DNA of 32,000 bases. Origin: Pseudodesulfovibrio mercurii (GTDB lineage: Bacteria > Desulfobacterota > Desulfovibrionia > Desulfovibrionales > Desulfovibrionaceae). Each line of letters starts with the position of its first letter. The stretch's first letter is position 1. Location of the stretch: NCBI RefSeq assembly GCF_000189295.2, contig NC_016803.1:330001-362000 (forward strand), given 5' to 3'. The notes below the pieces were generated by a model. That model did not search any database. It saw nothing but the letters and a program-made list of their open reading frames with translations, and was not told the DNA's origin. The position numbers and the translations under genes were made by a program. Below are positions 1-9,166 of this stretch, piece after piece.

Positions 1-402
1 GATGTTGATGTTGTTCTTTTTGAGCAGCTCGATGCCCTGGTCCGTGCGGTCGAAGCGGAAGATGAGGACCGCCGAGTCGCCGGACTGCTGGACGAAGGCG
101 TACATGTACTCCACGTTGATGCCCGCCTCCTGGAGCATGCTCAGGATGGTGTGCAGGCCGCCGGGCTGGTCGTTGACCTCCACGGCCACCACCGAGGTGC
201 GGCCCACGGTGAAGCCCGCTTCCTTCAGCTTGGTCTTGGCCTTTTCGAAGTCGGACACGATCAGGCGCAGGATGCCGAAGTCCGAGGTGTCGGCCAGGGA
301 CAGGGCGCGGATGTTCACCCCGGCCTCGGACAGGATGCGGGTGACTTCGGCCAGGCGTCCGGCCCGGTTTTCCAGAAATATGGAGAGTTGATCGACTTTC
401 AT
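1..402 (-). CDS. ACT domain-containing protein (C-terminus runs off the window)
   Basis: Not in the ORF track. Reverse complement of 402..1 reads [103 protein letters not shown]..., with ATG at 402-400. This is a tandem ACT-like regulatory sequence, the usual downstream partner of phenylacetate-CoA ligase genes in anaerobes. Confidence 0.8.
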   Translation of the reverse strand, partial: MKVDQLSIFLENRAGRLAEVTRILSEAGVNIRALSLADTSDFGILRLIVSDFEKAKTKLKEAGFTVGRTSVVAVEVNDQPGGLHTILSMLQEAGINVEYMYAFVQQSGDSAVLIFRFDRTDQGIELLKKNNINI

Positions 403-425
403 GGTATTCTCCTTGGCTTGGGGGA

Positions 426-1730
426 CTAGTCCTTCTGACGGTTGTCGATGATGCGCTTGGCCTTGCCCAGGGACCGTTCGATGGACTTGGGCTCGACCAG
501 TTTGACCTTGGCGGTGACGCCCAGGAATTCCTTAATGTTCTTCATTACCTTTGATTCCACACGCTGTAAACTCTTGATCTCGTCCGAGAACAGGGACTCG
601 TTGACTTCCACCCGGACCTCCAGGGTGTCGAGGTTGCCCTGGCGTTCGACGATGAGCTGGTAGTGCGGGGTCAGCCCCTCGGTGTCGATGAGGATGGACT
701 CGATCTGGGACGGGAACACGTTGACGCCCCGGATGATGAGCATGTCGTCGGACCGGCCGGTGACGCGCTTCATGCGCACGGTGGTGCGGCCGCACTTGCA
801 CGGCGTGTAGTTCAGGGTGGTCAGGTCGCGGGTGCGGTAGCGGATGAGCGGGATGCCTTCCTTGGTCAGGGTGGTGAAGACCAGCTCGCCTTCCTCGCCC
901 GGGCCCACGGGTTCGCCGCTGACCGGGTCGATGGTCTCGGCCAGGAAGTGGTCCTCCTGGATGTGCAGGCCGTCCTGGGCGGCGGCGCACTCGATGGCCA
1001 CGCCGGGGCCCATGACCTCGGACAGGCCGTAGATGTCGATGGCCGTGATGCCGAGCTTCTTCTCGATATCCGCGCGCATCTCGTTGGTCCAGGGCTCGGC
1101 CCCGAAGATGCCGATGCGCAGGGGCAGATCGCGGATGTCGATGCCCATCTCCAGGCCGGTCTCGGCCAGGAACAGGGCGTAGGACGGGGTGCAGCAGATG
1201 ACGTCCGGGGCGAAGTCCTTGAGCAGGGTGACCTGCCTGCGGGTGGAGCCGCCGGACACGGGCACCACGGTGGCGCCCAGGGCCTCGGCCCCGTAGTGCG
1301 CGCCCAGGCCGCCCGTGAACAGGCCGTAGCCGTAGGCGTTGTGCACGGTGTCCGCGGCGGACGCGCCGGCGGCCATCATGCACCGGGCCACGAGTTCGCC
1401 CCAGTTCTCGATGTCGCGCTTGGTGTAGCCGACCACGGTGGCCGTGCCCGTGGTTCCGGAGGAGGAGTGAATGCGGACGATCTGGTCCTTGGGCACGGCG
1501 AACATGCCGAAGGGATACTGGTCGCGGAGGTCCTGCTTGACCGTGAACGGCAGCAGGGTGATGTCCTTCAGGCTCTTGATGTCCTGGGGCTTGACGCCCT
1601 TTTCGTCAAATTTTTTCTTGTAGAACGGGACGTTGGCATAAACCCGTTCGCACAGGGATTTGAGCCTGCGCAGCTGGAGCGCTTCCATTTCCTCCCTGGG
1701 CAGGGTCTCGTTCTTCACGTCGTAGATCAT
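426..1730 (-). CDS. paaK: Phenylacetate-CoA ligase (adenylate-forming enzyme, PaaK family)
   Basis: ORF 426..1889 contains [46 protein letters not shown]...[14 protein letters not shown]..., typical PaaK N-terminus and AMP-binding motif. Start set at ATG 1730 (434 aa) because AAGGAGG lies 8 nt upstream. The longer N-terminal extension is Arg/Gly-rich and looks non-coding. Confidence 0.9.
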   Translation of the reverse strand: MIYDVKNETLPREEMEALQLRRLKSLCERVYANVPFYKKKFDEKGVKPQDIKSLKDITLLPFTVKQDLRDQYPFGMFAVPKDQIVRIHSSSGTTGTATVVGYTKRDIENWGELVARCMMAAGASAADTVHNAYGYGLFTGGLGAHYGAEALGATVVPVSGGSTRRQVTLLKDFAPDVICCTPSYALFLAETGLEMGIDIRDLPLRIGIFGAEPWTNEMRADIEKKLGITAIDIYGLSEVMGPGVAIECAAAQDGLHIQEDHFLAETIDPVSGEPVGPGEEGELVFTTLTKEGIPLIRYRTRDLTTLNYTPCKCGRTTVRMKRVTGRSDDMLIIRGVNVFPSQIESILIDTEGLTPHYQLIVERQGNLDTLEVRVEVNESLFSDEIKSLQRVESKVMKNIKEFLGVTAKVKLVEPKSIERSLGKAKRIIDNRQKD

Positions 1731-1778
1731 CCCTTCATCCTCCTTGGGCGGCCTGTTATCGGCCATGGTGTGCATATG

Positions 1779-1809
1779 AAAAAACCACGGGTCTTCGAGA
1801 GCCCGTGGT
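1779..1809 (-). terminator. Intrinsic-terminator-like hairpin in the paaK 5' leader (possible attenuator)
   Basis: Minus strand reads ACCACGGG-ctctcgaaga-CCCGTGGT followed by TTTTT. The 8-bp GC-rich stem (1784-1791 / 1802-1809) ends about 48 nt upstream of the paaK ATG. No minus-strand gene lies upstream for it to terminate. Confidence 0.5.
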
Positions 1810-2056
1810 CCGCTTGAGCGCCATCCCTGCGCCGTTCCATAAGCCACGAGCCTCCTACAAGGAGCCCGTAAACCAGAAAAAGCGCGCAAATAGGAATTGT
1901 TGCATAGACCGAACAGTGCCCCATGTCGTGTGTAGCGTCAAGGGGTTTGTGGGCCGGGGGCGGTCCGCGCGTCCTTGTTCTTCGGGCCGCCGCTGTTGCG
2001 GACCGGTCCAAAGTGCATTACACAATCGGTGGTTAACCTTCCACATCGGAGTGACT

Positions 2057-2644
2057 ATGACATTCAGGGAATTGATGGAGCGCAACCGGTCGCGGCGCAA
2101 GTTCGACGAATCCCGGCCGGTGAGCGCGGAAGAGCTGGCGGATCTGGTGGACCTGGTCCGGTTCATGCCCTCGGGCAGGAACCTGCAACCGCTCAAGTAC
2201 GTCGTCACCGCCGATCCGGCGCAGTGCGCGGCGATCTTCCCGCTCCTGGGCTGGGCGGGGTATCTCAAGGACTGGAAGGGCCCGGCCGAGGGCGAGCGGC
2301 CCACCGGGTACGTGATCATGCTGCTGGACAGGGAACTGGCGGACTCGCCGGGCTGCGACCACGGCATCGCCTGCCAGAGCATCATGCTCGGGGCCGTGGA
2401 GAAGGGCTTCGGCGGCTGCATCATCGCCACGATCAACCGCGCCAAGCTGGCCGAGATCTTCGACCTGCCGGACCGCTACGAGATTCTCATGGTCCTGGCC
2501 CTGGGCGTCCCGGCCCAGGAAGTGGTCGTGGAACCGCTTCCCTCGGACGGCAGTATCAAGTATTGGACCGGCGAGGACGGGAAGCACCATGTGCCCAAGC
2601 GCGGGCTCGACGAGCTCCTGGTGGGCCGGTTCCCCAGGGACTGA
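2057..2644 (+). CDS. Nitroreductase family protein
   Basis: MTFRELMERNRSRRKFDESRPVSAEELADLVDLVRFMPSGRNLQPLKYVV... is a typical NADH/FMN nitroreductase N-terminus (RRSxRxF-like, SxxNxQP). ATG 2057 is preceded by GGAG. The upstream part of ORF 1805..2644 is not protein-like. Confidence 0.85.
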   Translation: MTFRELMERNRSRRKFDESRPVSAEELADLVDLVRFMPSGRNLQPLKYVVTADPAQCAAIFPLLGWAGYLKDWKGPAEGERPTGYVIMLLDRELADSPGCDHGIACQSIMLGAVEKGFGGCIIATINRAKLAEIFDLPDRYEILMVLALGVPAQEVVVEPLPSDGSIKYWTGEDGKHHVPKRGLDELLVGRFPRD

Positions 2645-2675
2645 CGCCGTTTGACGGCCAACACAAGGACAGACA

Positions 2676-3050
2676 TTGCTGAATAAAGAAAAGAAATTCG
2701 CGGACATGACGAGCCTGGAAAAGGCACGCAACGTGGCCGGATGGCTCGACGACAAGCAGGGCGAGCGGATCACCGTCATCAACGTATCGGGCCTGAGTTC
2801 GGTCACGGACATGATCGTGGTGGTTTCGGCGCGCGGCGTGAAGCACGCCCAGGCCCTGGCCACCCACATCCTGGACAAGGCCGCCGAGAACAACCTGGAA
2901 TTCCTGAGCATGGAAGGACACAAGACCGGGGAGTGGGTCCTGGTGGACCTGAACGACGTCCTGGTCCACGTGTTCCTGGACGAGCTCAGGGAGTTCTATA
3001 ACATCGAAGGCATGTGGGCCGAGGCTCCCCGCGTGGAGCTTGAGGCCTGA
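2676..3050 (+). CDS. rsfS: Ribosome silencing factor RsfS (Iojap family)
   Basis: 124-aa ORF with ...ITVINVSGLSSVTDMIVVVSARGVKHAQALATHILDKA...GEWVLVDLNDVLVHVFLDELREFYNIEGMW, the RsfS signature. TTG start at 2676 has AAGGA 6 nt upstream. An alternative ATG at 2706 has no RBS. Confidence 0.85.
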   Translation: MLNKEKKFADMTSLEKARNVAGWLDDKQGERITVINVSGLSSVTDMIVVVSARGVKHAQALATHILDKAAENNLEFLSMEGHKTGEWVLVDLNDVLVHVFLDELREFYNIEGMWAEAPRVELEA

Positions 3051-4591
3051 TGGATCGAGACATGGCCGAACCCAAGAAGACTCTGCTGCTGATACTGGAC
3101 GGCTGGGGCATCGCCCCGGAGGGCGCGGGCAACTGCGTGCGCAACGCCGCCACCCCGAACCTGGACCGGCTCCTGGCCGACTATCCCTCCACCCGCCTGA
3201 CCTGCTCGGGTCGCGCCGTGGGGCTGCCCGACGGCTTCATGGGCAACTCCGAGGTGGGCCACATGAACATCGGCGGCGGGCGCGTCATCTATCAGGACAT
3301 GACCCGCATCGACATGGCCATCGAGGACGGCTCCTTCTTCCGAAATCCCGCCCTCGGGAAGCTCATGGACAAGACGAAAGCGGGCTCCGGGCGGCTGCAC
3401 CTCATGGGGCTGCTCTCGGACGGCGGGGTGCACTCGCACATGCGCCACCTCTTCGCCCTGCTGGACATGGCCAAGGCCGAGGACGTGCCCGAGGTCTTCA
3501 TCCATCTCTTCATGGACGGCCGCGACACGGCCCAGAAGGGCGGGCTCGCCTACCTGCGCACCCTGCAGGCCAAGCTCGCCGAACTCGGCCTGGGCACGGT
3601 GGCCACCCTGTCCGGCCGGTTCTGGGCCATGGACCGTGACAAGCGGTTCGAGCGCGTGGAAAAGGCCTATCGCGCCCTGGTGGACGGCCAGGGCGTCGTC
3701 ATCAACGACCCGGTGGAGGCCATCGAGGCGCGCTACGCCGAGGGCGAGTTCGACGAGTTCGTCAAGCCGAGCGTGGTCGCCGGCGTGGACGGGCGCATCA
3801 GGGACAACGACGGCCTGTTCTTCTTCAACTTCCGCGCGGACCGCGCCCGTGAGATCAGCCGGGCCATCTTCGACAAGGATTTCAACGAATTCGCGCGGCC
3901 GCACGTGCCCGCCCTGGCGGACTTCGCGACCATGACCCGGTACGAGTCCACCTTCCCCATGGACACGGCCTTTCCGCCCGAGGACTACGCGGGCACCCTG
4001 GGCGAGTTCGCCTCATCCCGGCACATGAAGCAGCTGCGCATCGCCGAGACCGAGAAATACGCCCACGTGACCTACTTCCTCAACTGCGGGCGCGAGGAGC
4101 CGTTCCCCGGCGAGGACCGGATCATGATCCCGTCCCCGCGCGAGGTGGCCACCTACGACCTCAAGCCGCAGATGAGCGCCGACGAGGTCGCCGACACCCT
4201 GATCGCCAAGTGGGCCGGGTACGACCTGTGCGTCTGCAACCTGGCCAACCTGGACATGGTCGGGCACACCGGCATCATGGCGGCCGCCGAAAAGGCGTGC
4301 GTGGCCGTGGACGGCTGCGTGGGCCGCATCGTGGACGCGGTGCTGCAGGGCGGTGGCCGGGTGCTCATGACCGCCGACCACGGCAACGCCGAACAGATGC
4401 TCGACGCGAGCGGCGCGCCGCACACGGCCCACTCCACCAATCCGGTGCCCCTGGTGCTCATCGAGAAGGGCCGCGAAAACGCGGTCCTCGACGAGGGCAT
4501 CCTCGGCGACATCGCCCCGACCATCATCGGATTGTGGGGCATGGAGCCGCCCGCCGGAATGACCGGCAAGAACCTGGTACGCGAGGGATAA
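3050..4591 (+). CDS. gpmI: 2,3-bisphosphoglycerate-independent phosphoglycerate mutase
   Basis: 513 aa: LLLILDGWGIAP...NSEVGHMNIGGGRV...GLLSDGGVHSH...ADHGNAE, the iPGM metal-binding and catalytic Ser motifs. The ATG overlaps the rsfS stop (cTGATGg). Confidence 0.95.
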   Translation: MDRDMAEPKKTLLLILDGWGIAPEGAGNCVRNAATPNLDRLLADYPSTRLTCSGRAVGLPDGFMGNSEVGHMNIGGGRVIYQDMTRIDMAIEDGSFFRNPALGKLMDKTKAGSGRLHLMGLLSDGGVHSHMRHLFALLDMAKAEDVPEVFIHLFMDGRDTAQKGGLAYLRTLQAKLAELGLGTVATLSGRFWAMDRDKRFERVEKAYRALVDGQGVVINDPVEAIEARYAEGEFDEFVKPSVVAGVDGRIRDNDGLFFFNFRADRAREISRAIFDKDFNEFARPHVPALADFATMTRYESTFPMDTAFPPEDYAGTLGEFASSRHMKQLRIAETEKYAHVTYFLNCGREEPFPGEDRIMIPSPREVATYDLKPQMSADEVADTLIAKWAGYDLCVCNLANLDMVGHTGIMAAAEKACVAVDGCVGRIVDAVLQGGGRVLMTADHGNAEQMLDASGAPHTAHSTNPVPLVLIEKGRENAVLDEGILGDIAPTIIGLWGMEPPAGMTGKNLVREG

Positions 4592-4593
4592 CC

Positions 4594-4836
4594 ATGGCCG
4601 AAAGCAAGAAACCACTGACCCCGGTCAAGCCCGCGGCCATGGAGATGATCTTCCTCTATCCCTGCCCGCACTGCGGCCGGGAAGTCCCGCTCATCGCGCC
4701 GTCACGGCCCGCCATGGCCCAGTGCGACGCCTGCCGCGAGAACTTCCCCATCGTGCCCGTGGACGACAGGACCATCCGCTACCTCAAGCTCATCCTGGCC
4801 GGTGGCAAGGCGGGCATCGACCCCGACTTCCTCTGA
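4594..4836 (+). CDS. Small hypothetical protein with CPHC...CDAC zinc-ribbon-like motif (80 aa)
   Basis: MAESKKPLTPVKPAAMEMIFLYPCPHCGREVPLIAPSRPAMAQCDACRENFPIVPVDDRTIRYLKLILAGGKAGIDPDFL. The ATG lies 2 nt after the gpmI TAA, and a strong terminator follows. Coding status is inferred from position and the CxxC-x17-CxxC motif only. Confidence 0.55.
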   Translation: MAESKKPLTPVKPAAMEMIFLYPCPHCGREVPLIAPSRPAMAQCDACRENFPIVPVDDRTIRYLKLILAGGKAGIDPDFL

Positions 4837-4858
4837 TCCCCGGACTCTCCGACGAGAT

Positions 4859-4899
4859 GGACCGGCCGGGCGCGTTGCGTCCGACCGGTCCTTTCTTTT
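4859..4899 (+). terminator. Rho-independent terminator after the gpmI/small-ORF unit
   Basis: GGACCGGCCGG-gcgcgttgcgt-CCGACCGGTCC (11-bp stem, one mismatch) followed by TTTCTTTT. Confidence 0.75.
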
Positions 4900-5016
4900 G
4901 GATGAATCCTTTCGGAAATCAGGAGAGGAAGGCCGTTGCGCGGCGATGGGCGGGTGATTTGATTCACTTGTCCCGTGGCTCGCACCCCGGCACCCGTCTG
5001 GCGCCTGCGGCGCGAT

Positions 5017-5024
5017 TGTATAAT
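5017..5024 (+). promoter_or_regulatory. Candidate extended -10 promoter element (TGTATAAT) for the chemoreceptor gene
   Basis: TGtATAAT at 5017-5024, about 100 nt upstream of the MCP start. No good -35 is present. It is flanked by two copies of GGGTGATTTG (about 4954-4963 and 5045-5054). Confidence 0.3.
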
Positions 5025-5121
5025 GTCCTTTGTGGTCGGGAATCGGGGTGATTTGTGGCCCGGCATTTGCTTGGCCTTCCCGTTGGTTCAGTACAATCCA
5101 TTTGGGGGAAAAAGGGGAAGG

Positions 5122-6840
5122 ATGCAGAAAAAGGGTATGCATTTAGCAGCGTTGGCGGTTCCCGCAACGGTCTTCGGTCTGTTGGCCGGGGTCGGTCCGG
5201 CCTGGGGTTCGGATGGCGAGGTGACAATTCTGTCAGGATTTTTCGGGGATTCGCCCTGGGGATGGGTGTCCCTCATCGGGGCTCTGGTCGTCGTCGGAGG
5301 TCTGTGCTCCCTGGTGACGGCCAGGGTGATCCGCAATAAATATGGTGTGTTGGAGCAGATTTCCGGACGCATCGCCGAGGGCGTGCGGGCCATGGACCTG
5401 CCCGAGGGCAAGGATGACAATTTTGGCAGGATGGCCGGTCATCTGCAAAAGATCGTAAAGTACCTCGCCGAGTTGGAGGCGCGGGCCGAAAAGAGCGAAA
5501 ATGTAGCCCGCGAGGCCGAGGCCCGCGTGAAGGAGGCCCTGGCCCAGGCCGCGCAGGCGCGCAGGCTGGGCGAGGCCGCCCGGTGCGAGGGGCTGTTGTC
5601 CGCCGCCGGGACCCTGGAGGCCTCCGTGCAGGCCATCCGGGAGCATTCGGACACCCTGGGCGTGGCCTCGGGCAAGGCCAGGGACGGCGCGGCCGAGCAA
5701 CTGCGGCTCATGGCCGAGGCCGCCTCGGCCATGGAGGAGATGAACGCGGCCGTGAGCGAGACCGCGGCCGGAGCCGGGGCCGCCGCCTCGGACGCGGACA
5801 CGGTCATGGAGCGGGCCGAATCCGGCTCCGAGATCGTCTCCCGGACCATCGACTCCATCGGCGCGGTCTCGCACAACTCCCAGTCCCTGGTGGAGTCCGT
5901 GGCCGGACTCGGTTCCCAGGCCAAGGGCGTCGGCGCGATCATGGGCGTTATTTCCGACATCGCGGATCAGACCAACCTGCTGGCCCTGAACGCGGCCATC
6001 GAGGCGGCCAGGGCGGGCGACGCCGGGCGCGGCTTCGCTGTGGTCGCCGACGAGGTGCGCAAGCTGGCCGAGAAGACCATGGACGCCACCCGCGACGTGG
6101 GCGTGGCCATCGAGGGCATCCAGGCCCAGGTGGCCCGGACCATCGACGGGGTCAAGTCCATGGCCGGGCTGGCCGACGAGGCCGCCGGGCTGGCCCGCGA
6201 GTCCGGGGCCGCCCTGGAGGAGATCGTCTCCCGCTCCGGGACCAGCGCCGAACGCATCGGGGCCATCGCCGCCGCATCCTCCCAGCAGTCGGTGGCCAGC
6301 GAGGAGGTCACCCGGACCATCTCCGAGGTGCACGCCATCTCCTCGGACACGGACCGGGGCATGGTCGAGGCGGCCCAGGCCGTGGACGAACTGACCCGGC
6401 GCGTGGAGGAGCTGGCCGTCATGACCGGCGTGTTCCGCCTGGTGGGCAGCGGCCGGGTTCAGGAGATCATCGGGGCCATGGCCGGGTCCGAGGCGGTCCG
6501 TTCCGGGCGGCGCGAACGGCTGGAGCAGGCCATGCGCGAGGCCCTCAGGAAGAACGAATTCCTGGAGCTCATGTACGTCACCGACGCGCACGGCAGGCAG
6601 ACGGTCAGCAACATCGGCGGCAAGGTCTCCGGCTTTGCCGAGGACCCGTCGGCCTTCGGCACGGACTGGAACGACCGGCCCTGGTACCGGGGCGTGGCCG
6701 AGACCCGCACCTTCCAGATCTCCGACGTGTACACCTCCTCGGCCTCGGGCCGGGAGTGCATCACCGTGTCCGGCCCCTTCTTCGGCGCGGGCGGGGAACT
6801 GCTCGGCGTCATCGCCGCCGACGTGAGCGTCTCCGCCTAG
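5122..6840 (+). CDS. Methyl-accepting chemotaxis protein with minimal periplasmic loop and C-terminal Cache/PAS-like domain
   Basis: The MCP signalling hairpin is unmistakable ([43 protein letters not shown]). The N-terminus has two hydrophobic segments separated by about 17 aa. The C-terminal roughly 130 aa read ...[53 protein letters not shown]. Start at ATG 5122 (alternative 5137). Confidence 0.9.
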   Translation: MQKKGMHLAALAVPATVFGLLAGVGPAWGSDGEVTILSGFFGDSPWGWVSLIGALVVVGGLCSLVTARVIRNKYGVLEQISGRIAEGVRAMDLPEGKDDNFGRMAGHLQKIVKYLAELEARAEKSENVAREAEARVKEALAQAAQARRLGEAARCEGLLSAAGTLEASVQAIREHSDTLGVASGKARDGAAEQLRLMAEAASAMEEMNAAVSETAAGAGAAASDADTVMERAESGSEIVSRTIDSIGAVSHNSQSLVESVAGLGSQAKGVGAIMGVISDIADQTNLLALNAAIEAARAGDAGRGFAVVADEVRKLAEKTMDATRDVGVAIEGIQAQVARTIDGVKSMAGLADEAAGLARESGAALEEIVSRSGTSAERIGAIAAASSQQSVASEEVTRTISEVHAISSDTDRGMVEAAQAVDELTRRVEELAVMTGVFRLVGSGRVQEIIGAMAGSEAVRSGRRERLEQAMREALRKNEFLELMYVTDAHGRQTVSNIGGKVSGFAEDPSAFGTDWNDRPWYRGVAETRTFQISDVYTSSASGRECITVSGPFFGAGGELLGVIAADVSVSA

Positions 6841-6941
6841 TTCGCGGACCGCAAGGCGCATTGCAAAAAGGGCGGAACTGTGGTCTGCATACCGGCGTAT
6901 TCATGGTTTCGTTCAACGGATCGCAACAGCGAGGTAGCCTC

Positions 6942-7322
6942 ATGATCACAACGAAAAGCAAAGATACCGATTACTTGACCGAATTCACCGACGGCGTGCA
7001 CGTGGCCGCGTGCGACGCCCCGTCGCGTCACGGCGGGCAGGACGCCGGGTTCACGCCCTTTTCCCTGCTGGAGGCGTCCCTGGCCGGGTGCATGAACATC
7101 ACCCTGCGCGTGTTCGCCCGGACCCACGACATCGACCTGGAGTTCGTGGAGACCACGGTGACCCTCAAACCGGGCGAGGGCGGCTATACCTTCGAGTACA
7201 GCATCAAGCTGCCCGAGGGGCTGAGCGACAAGGACAGGAAACGGCTGATCGCGGCCCGCAAGGGGTGCCCCATCCACGGCCTGCTCGGCCAGCCCCTGTC
7301 CTTCGAGCTGAAGGAAGAGTAA
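6942..7322 (+). CDS. OsmC/Ohr family protein
   Basis: MITTKSKDTDYLTEFTDGVHVAACDAPSRHGGQDAGFTPFSLLEASLAGCMNITLRVF...RKGCPIHGLL carries the two conserved Cys of the OsmC fold. GAGG lies 8 nt upstream of ATG 6942. Confidence 0.8.
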   Translation: MITTKSKDTDYLTEFTDGVHVAACDAPSRHGGQDAGFTPFSLLEASLAGCMNITLRVFARTHDIDLEFVETTVTLKPGEGGYTFEYSIKLPEGLSDKDRKRLIAARKGCPIHGLLGQPLSFELKEE

Positions 7323-7366
7323 TCCCGCGCACGGCCCCGCGCCCTGCGGGGCTACGGCCACAACGA

Positions 7367-7406
7367 ACGGCATGCGGCGACGTCGCGTGCCGTTTGTCGT
7401 TTTTTT
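7367..7406 (+). terminator. Rho-independent terminator after the OsmC-like gene
   Basis: ACGGCATGCG-gcgacgt-CGCGTGCCGT (10-bp stem with one G-U pair) followed by TTGTCGTTTTTTT. Confidence 0.75.
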
Positions 7407-7428
7407 CGGGGCGGCGTCTCGCGCCGGA

Positions 7429-8331
7429 TCAGGCGCGCTTTCGCGGCTTGTACTGCATCAATGCGTTGCCCGCGATGATGAAGGCCAGGCCGGCCACCGT
7501 GGCCGGATGGATGGTCTCGCCCACCAGGAAGTGGATGAAGACCAGGGAGAGGAAGGGGGACAGGAAGATCAGGTTGGCCACCCGGGCGGTGCCGCCGCCG
7601 TCGGGCCGGGCTGCGTACTTCATGGCCGTGAGCCACAGGGCGAAGGTGATGCCCATCTCGAACAGCCCGACGTAGGCCGAGGCTAGGAGCGGTCCGGCTG
7701 TCAGGGGCGGCAGCTCGGAGAAGAGCAGGGTGGCCGCCAGGATCAGGGGGAAGCCGGTCAGGAAGCTCAAAAGCAGTCCGGCCATTGGGTTGGCCTTGCT
7801 CCGGGTGTTGAAGATCCAGTAGAGCGCCCAGATGACCGTGCTGCCCAGGGCCAGTCCCACGCCGGGCAGGCTGGAGAAACGCATGGCGAGGAGGTCGCCG
7901 TGGGTGGAGATGACCACCACGCCGAGGTAGCTGAGGAGGATGGCTCCCAGGTCCTTGGGGGCCAGCTTCTGGCCGAGCAGGGGTACGGACAGCAGCGACA
8001 GGGTCACGGCCCAGGTATAGTTGATGGGCTGGGCCTCCTGGGCGGGCAGCAGGTCGTAGGCCTTGAACAGGATGGTGTAGTAGATGAACGGGTTGAGCGC
8101 GCCGAGCAGGGCGCAGCGCACGGTCTCCCGGCGGCCCATGCGGGTGATTTCGTTAAGCTTGCCCTGGGCCAGCAGGATGGCCGCAAGGGCCAGGATGGAG
8201 AAGAAGCAGGCGCAGAGCAGGAGCTGCAGGGGCGCGAGGTCGCGCAGGGCGATCTTGAAGGCCGAGGCCACGGTGGACCAGATGGACACCGTGGCCAGGC
8301 CGTAGAGCAGGGCTTTCTTGCTGTCGGTCAC
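7429..8331 (-). CDS. EamA/DMT-family transporter
   Basis: About 10 predicted hydrophobic helices (VTDSKKALLYGLATVSIWSTVASAFKIALRDLAPLQLLL...LVGETIHPATVAGLAFIIAGNALMQ), a duplicated EamA-type layout. GTG start at 8331, 5 nt after the LOG gene stop. The rest of ORF 7429..9036 is an out-of-frame read-through of the LOG gene. Confidence 0.8.
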   Translation of the reverse strand: MTDSKKALLYGLATVSIWSTVASAFKIALRDLAPLQLLLCACFFSILALAAILLAQGKLNEITRMGRRETVRCALLGALNPFIYYTILFKAYDLLPAQEAQPINYTWAVTLSLLSVPLLGQKLAPKDLGAILLSYLGVVVISTHGDLLAMRFSSLPGVGLALGSTVIWALYWIFNTRSKANPMAGLLLSFLTGFPLILAATLLFSELPPLTAGPLLASAYVGLFEMGITFALWLTAMKYAARPDGGGTARVANLIFLSPFLSLVFIHFLVGETIHPATVAGLAFIIAGNALMQYKPRKRA

Positions 8332-8336
8332 GCGGG

Positions 8337-8996
8337 CTAGACGATGACGTGCTTGCGGATGTAGCCGACCACCTCGTCCACGTCGTCGGTGACGATGAAC
8401 AGGTCGAGGTCCTCGGCCTTGCAGAAGCCGTTGGGGACCATCTGGTTCTTGAACCAGTCGATGAGCCCGGCCCAGAACTCGGTGCCGAAGAGCACGATGG
8501 GGAACGGCTTGATGCGGTGGGTCTGGATGAGTACCAGCGCCTCGGACAGTTCGTCCAGGGTGCCGTAGCCGCCGGGCAGGGCCACGTAGGCCAGGGCGTA
8601 CTTGATGAACATGAGCTTGCGGATGAAGAAGTAGCGGAACTCGCTCTTGATGTTCAGGAACTGGTTGCTCTTCTGCTCCATGGGCAGGTGGATGTGCAGG
8701 CCGATGGATTCGCCGTCGTTCTCGAAGGCGCCCTTGTTGCCCGCCTCCATGAGGCCGGGACCGCCGCCGGTGATGACCGAGAATCCGGCCTGGGACAAGG
8801 CCTTGGACAGCTGTTCGGTCTTCTGGTAGAGCGGTTCGCCCGGCTTGACCCGGGCCGAGCCGAACACGGACACGGCCGGGCCGATCTCGGACAGGTTCTC
8901 GAACCCGTCCACGATTTCGGACATGATCTTGAAGAGCCGCCAGGATTCGTGGATGGACAGGTCGTCGATGAGATATTGCTTGGATCGATGAATCAT
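8337..8996 (-). CDS. LOG family protein (TIGR00730-type nucleotide 5'-monophosphate nucleosidase)
   Basis: VFGSARVKPGEPLY...ITGGGPGLMEAGNKGA...PGGYGTLDELSEAL carries the GGGxGxM and PGGxGTxxE LOG motifs. ATG 8996 has AGGAG 6 nt upstream. Confidence 0.85.
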   Translation of the reverse strand: MIHRSKQYLIDDLSIHESWRLFKIMSEIVDGFENLSEIGPAVSVFGSARVKPGEPLYQKTEQLSKALSQAGFSVITGGGPGLMEAGNKGAFENDGESIGLHIHLPMEQKSNQFLNIKSEFRYFFIRKLMFIKYALAYVALPGGYGTLDELSEALVLIQTHRIKPFPIVLFGTEFWAGLIDWFKNQMVPNGFCKAEDLDLFIVTDDVDEVVGYIRKHVIV

Positions 8997-9166
8997 TGGT
9001 TCTCCTGTGCGCCCATGGCGGAGGTTGCCTGTGCACGGTTTATGGGGCATGTAGTCGTGGCGGCGGATGCAGTATTCCGCTGGATGCTTCACTACACTGA
9101 TTTCGTTCCGTTCGGAAAGGGATTTTATTCCGGTTTCCGGGCGGGATGTCAACGCGAGGACAACGT

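Noticed and set aside
5233-6861. 542-aa minus-strand ORF, plus the plus-strand ORF 5583..7322 (579 aa)
   Set aside because: Both overlap the MCP gene in alternative frames and are Arg/Gly/Pro/His-rich, low-complexity translations. Only the last about 127 codons of 5583..7322 (from ATG 6942) are real, and they encode the OsmC-like protein.
8332-9036. N-terminal 235 aa of the 535-aa ORF 7429..9036 (apparent long extension of the EamA transporter)
   Set aside because: This part overlaps the LOG-family gene out of frame and is Arg/Pro/His-rich. The membrane protein begins at GTG 8331, right after the LOG stop.
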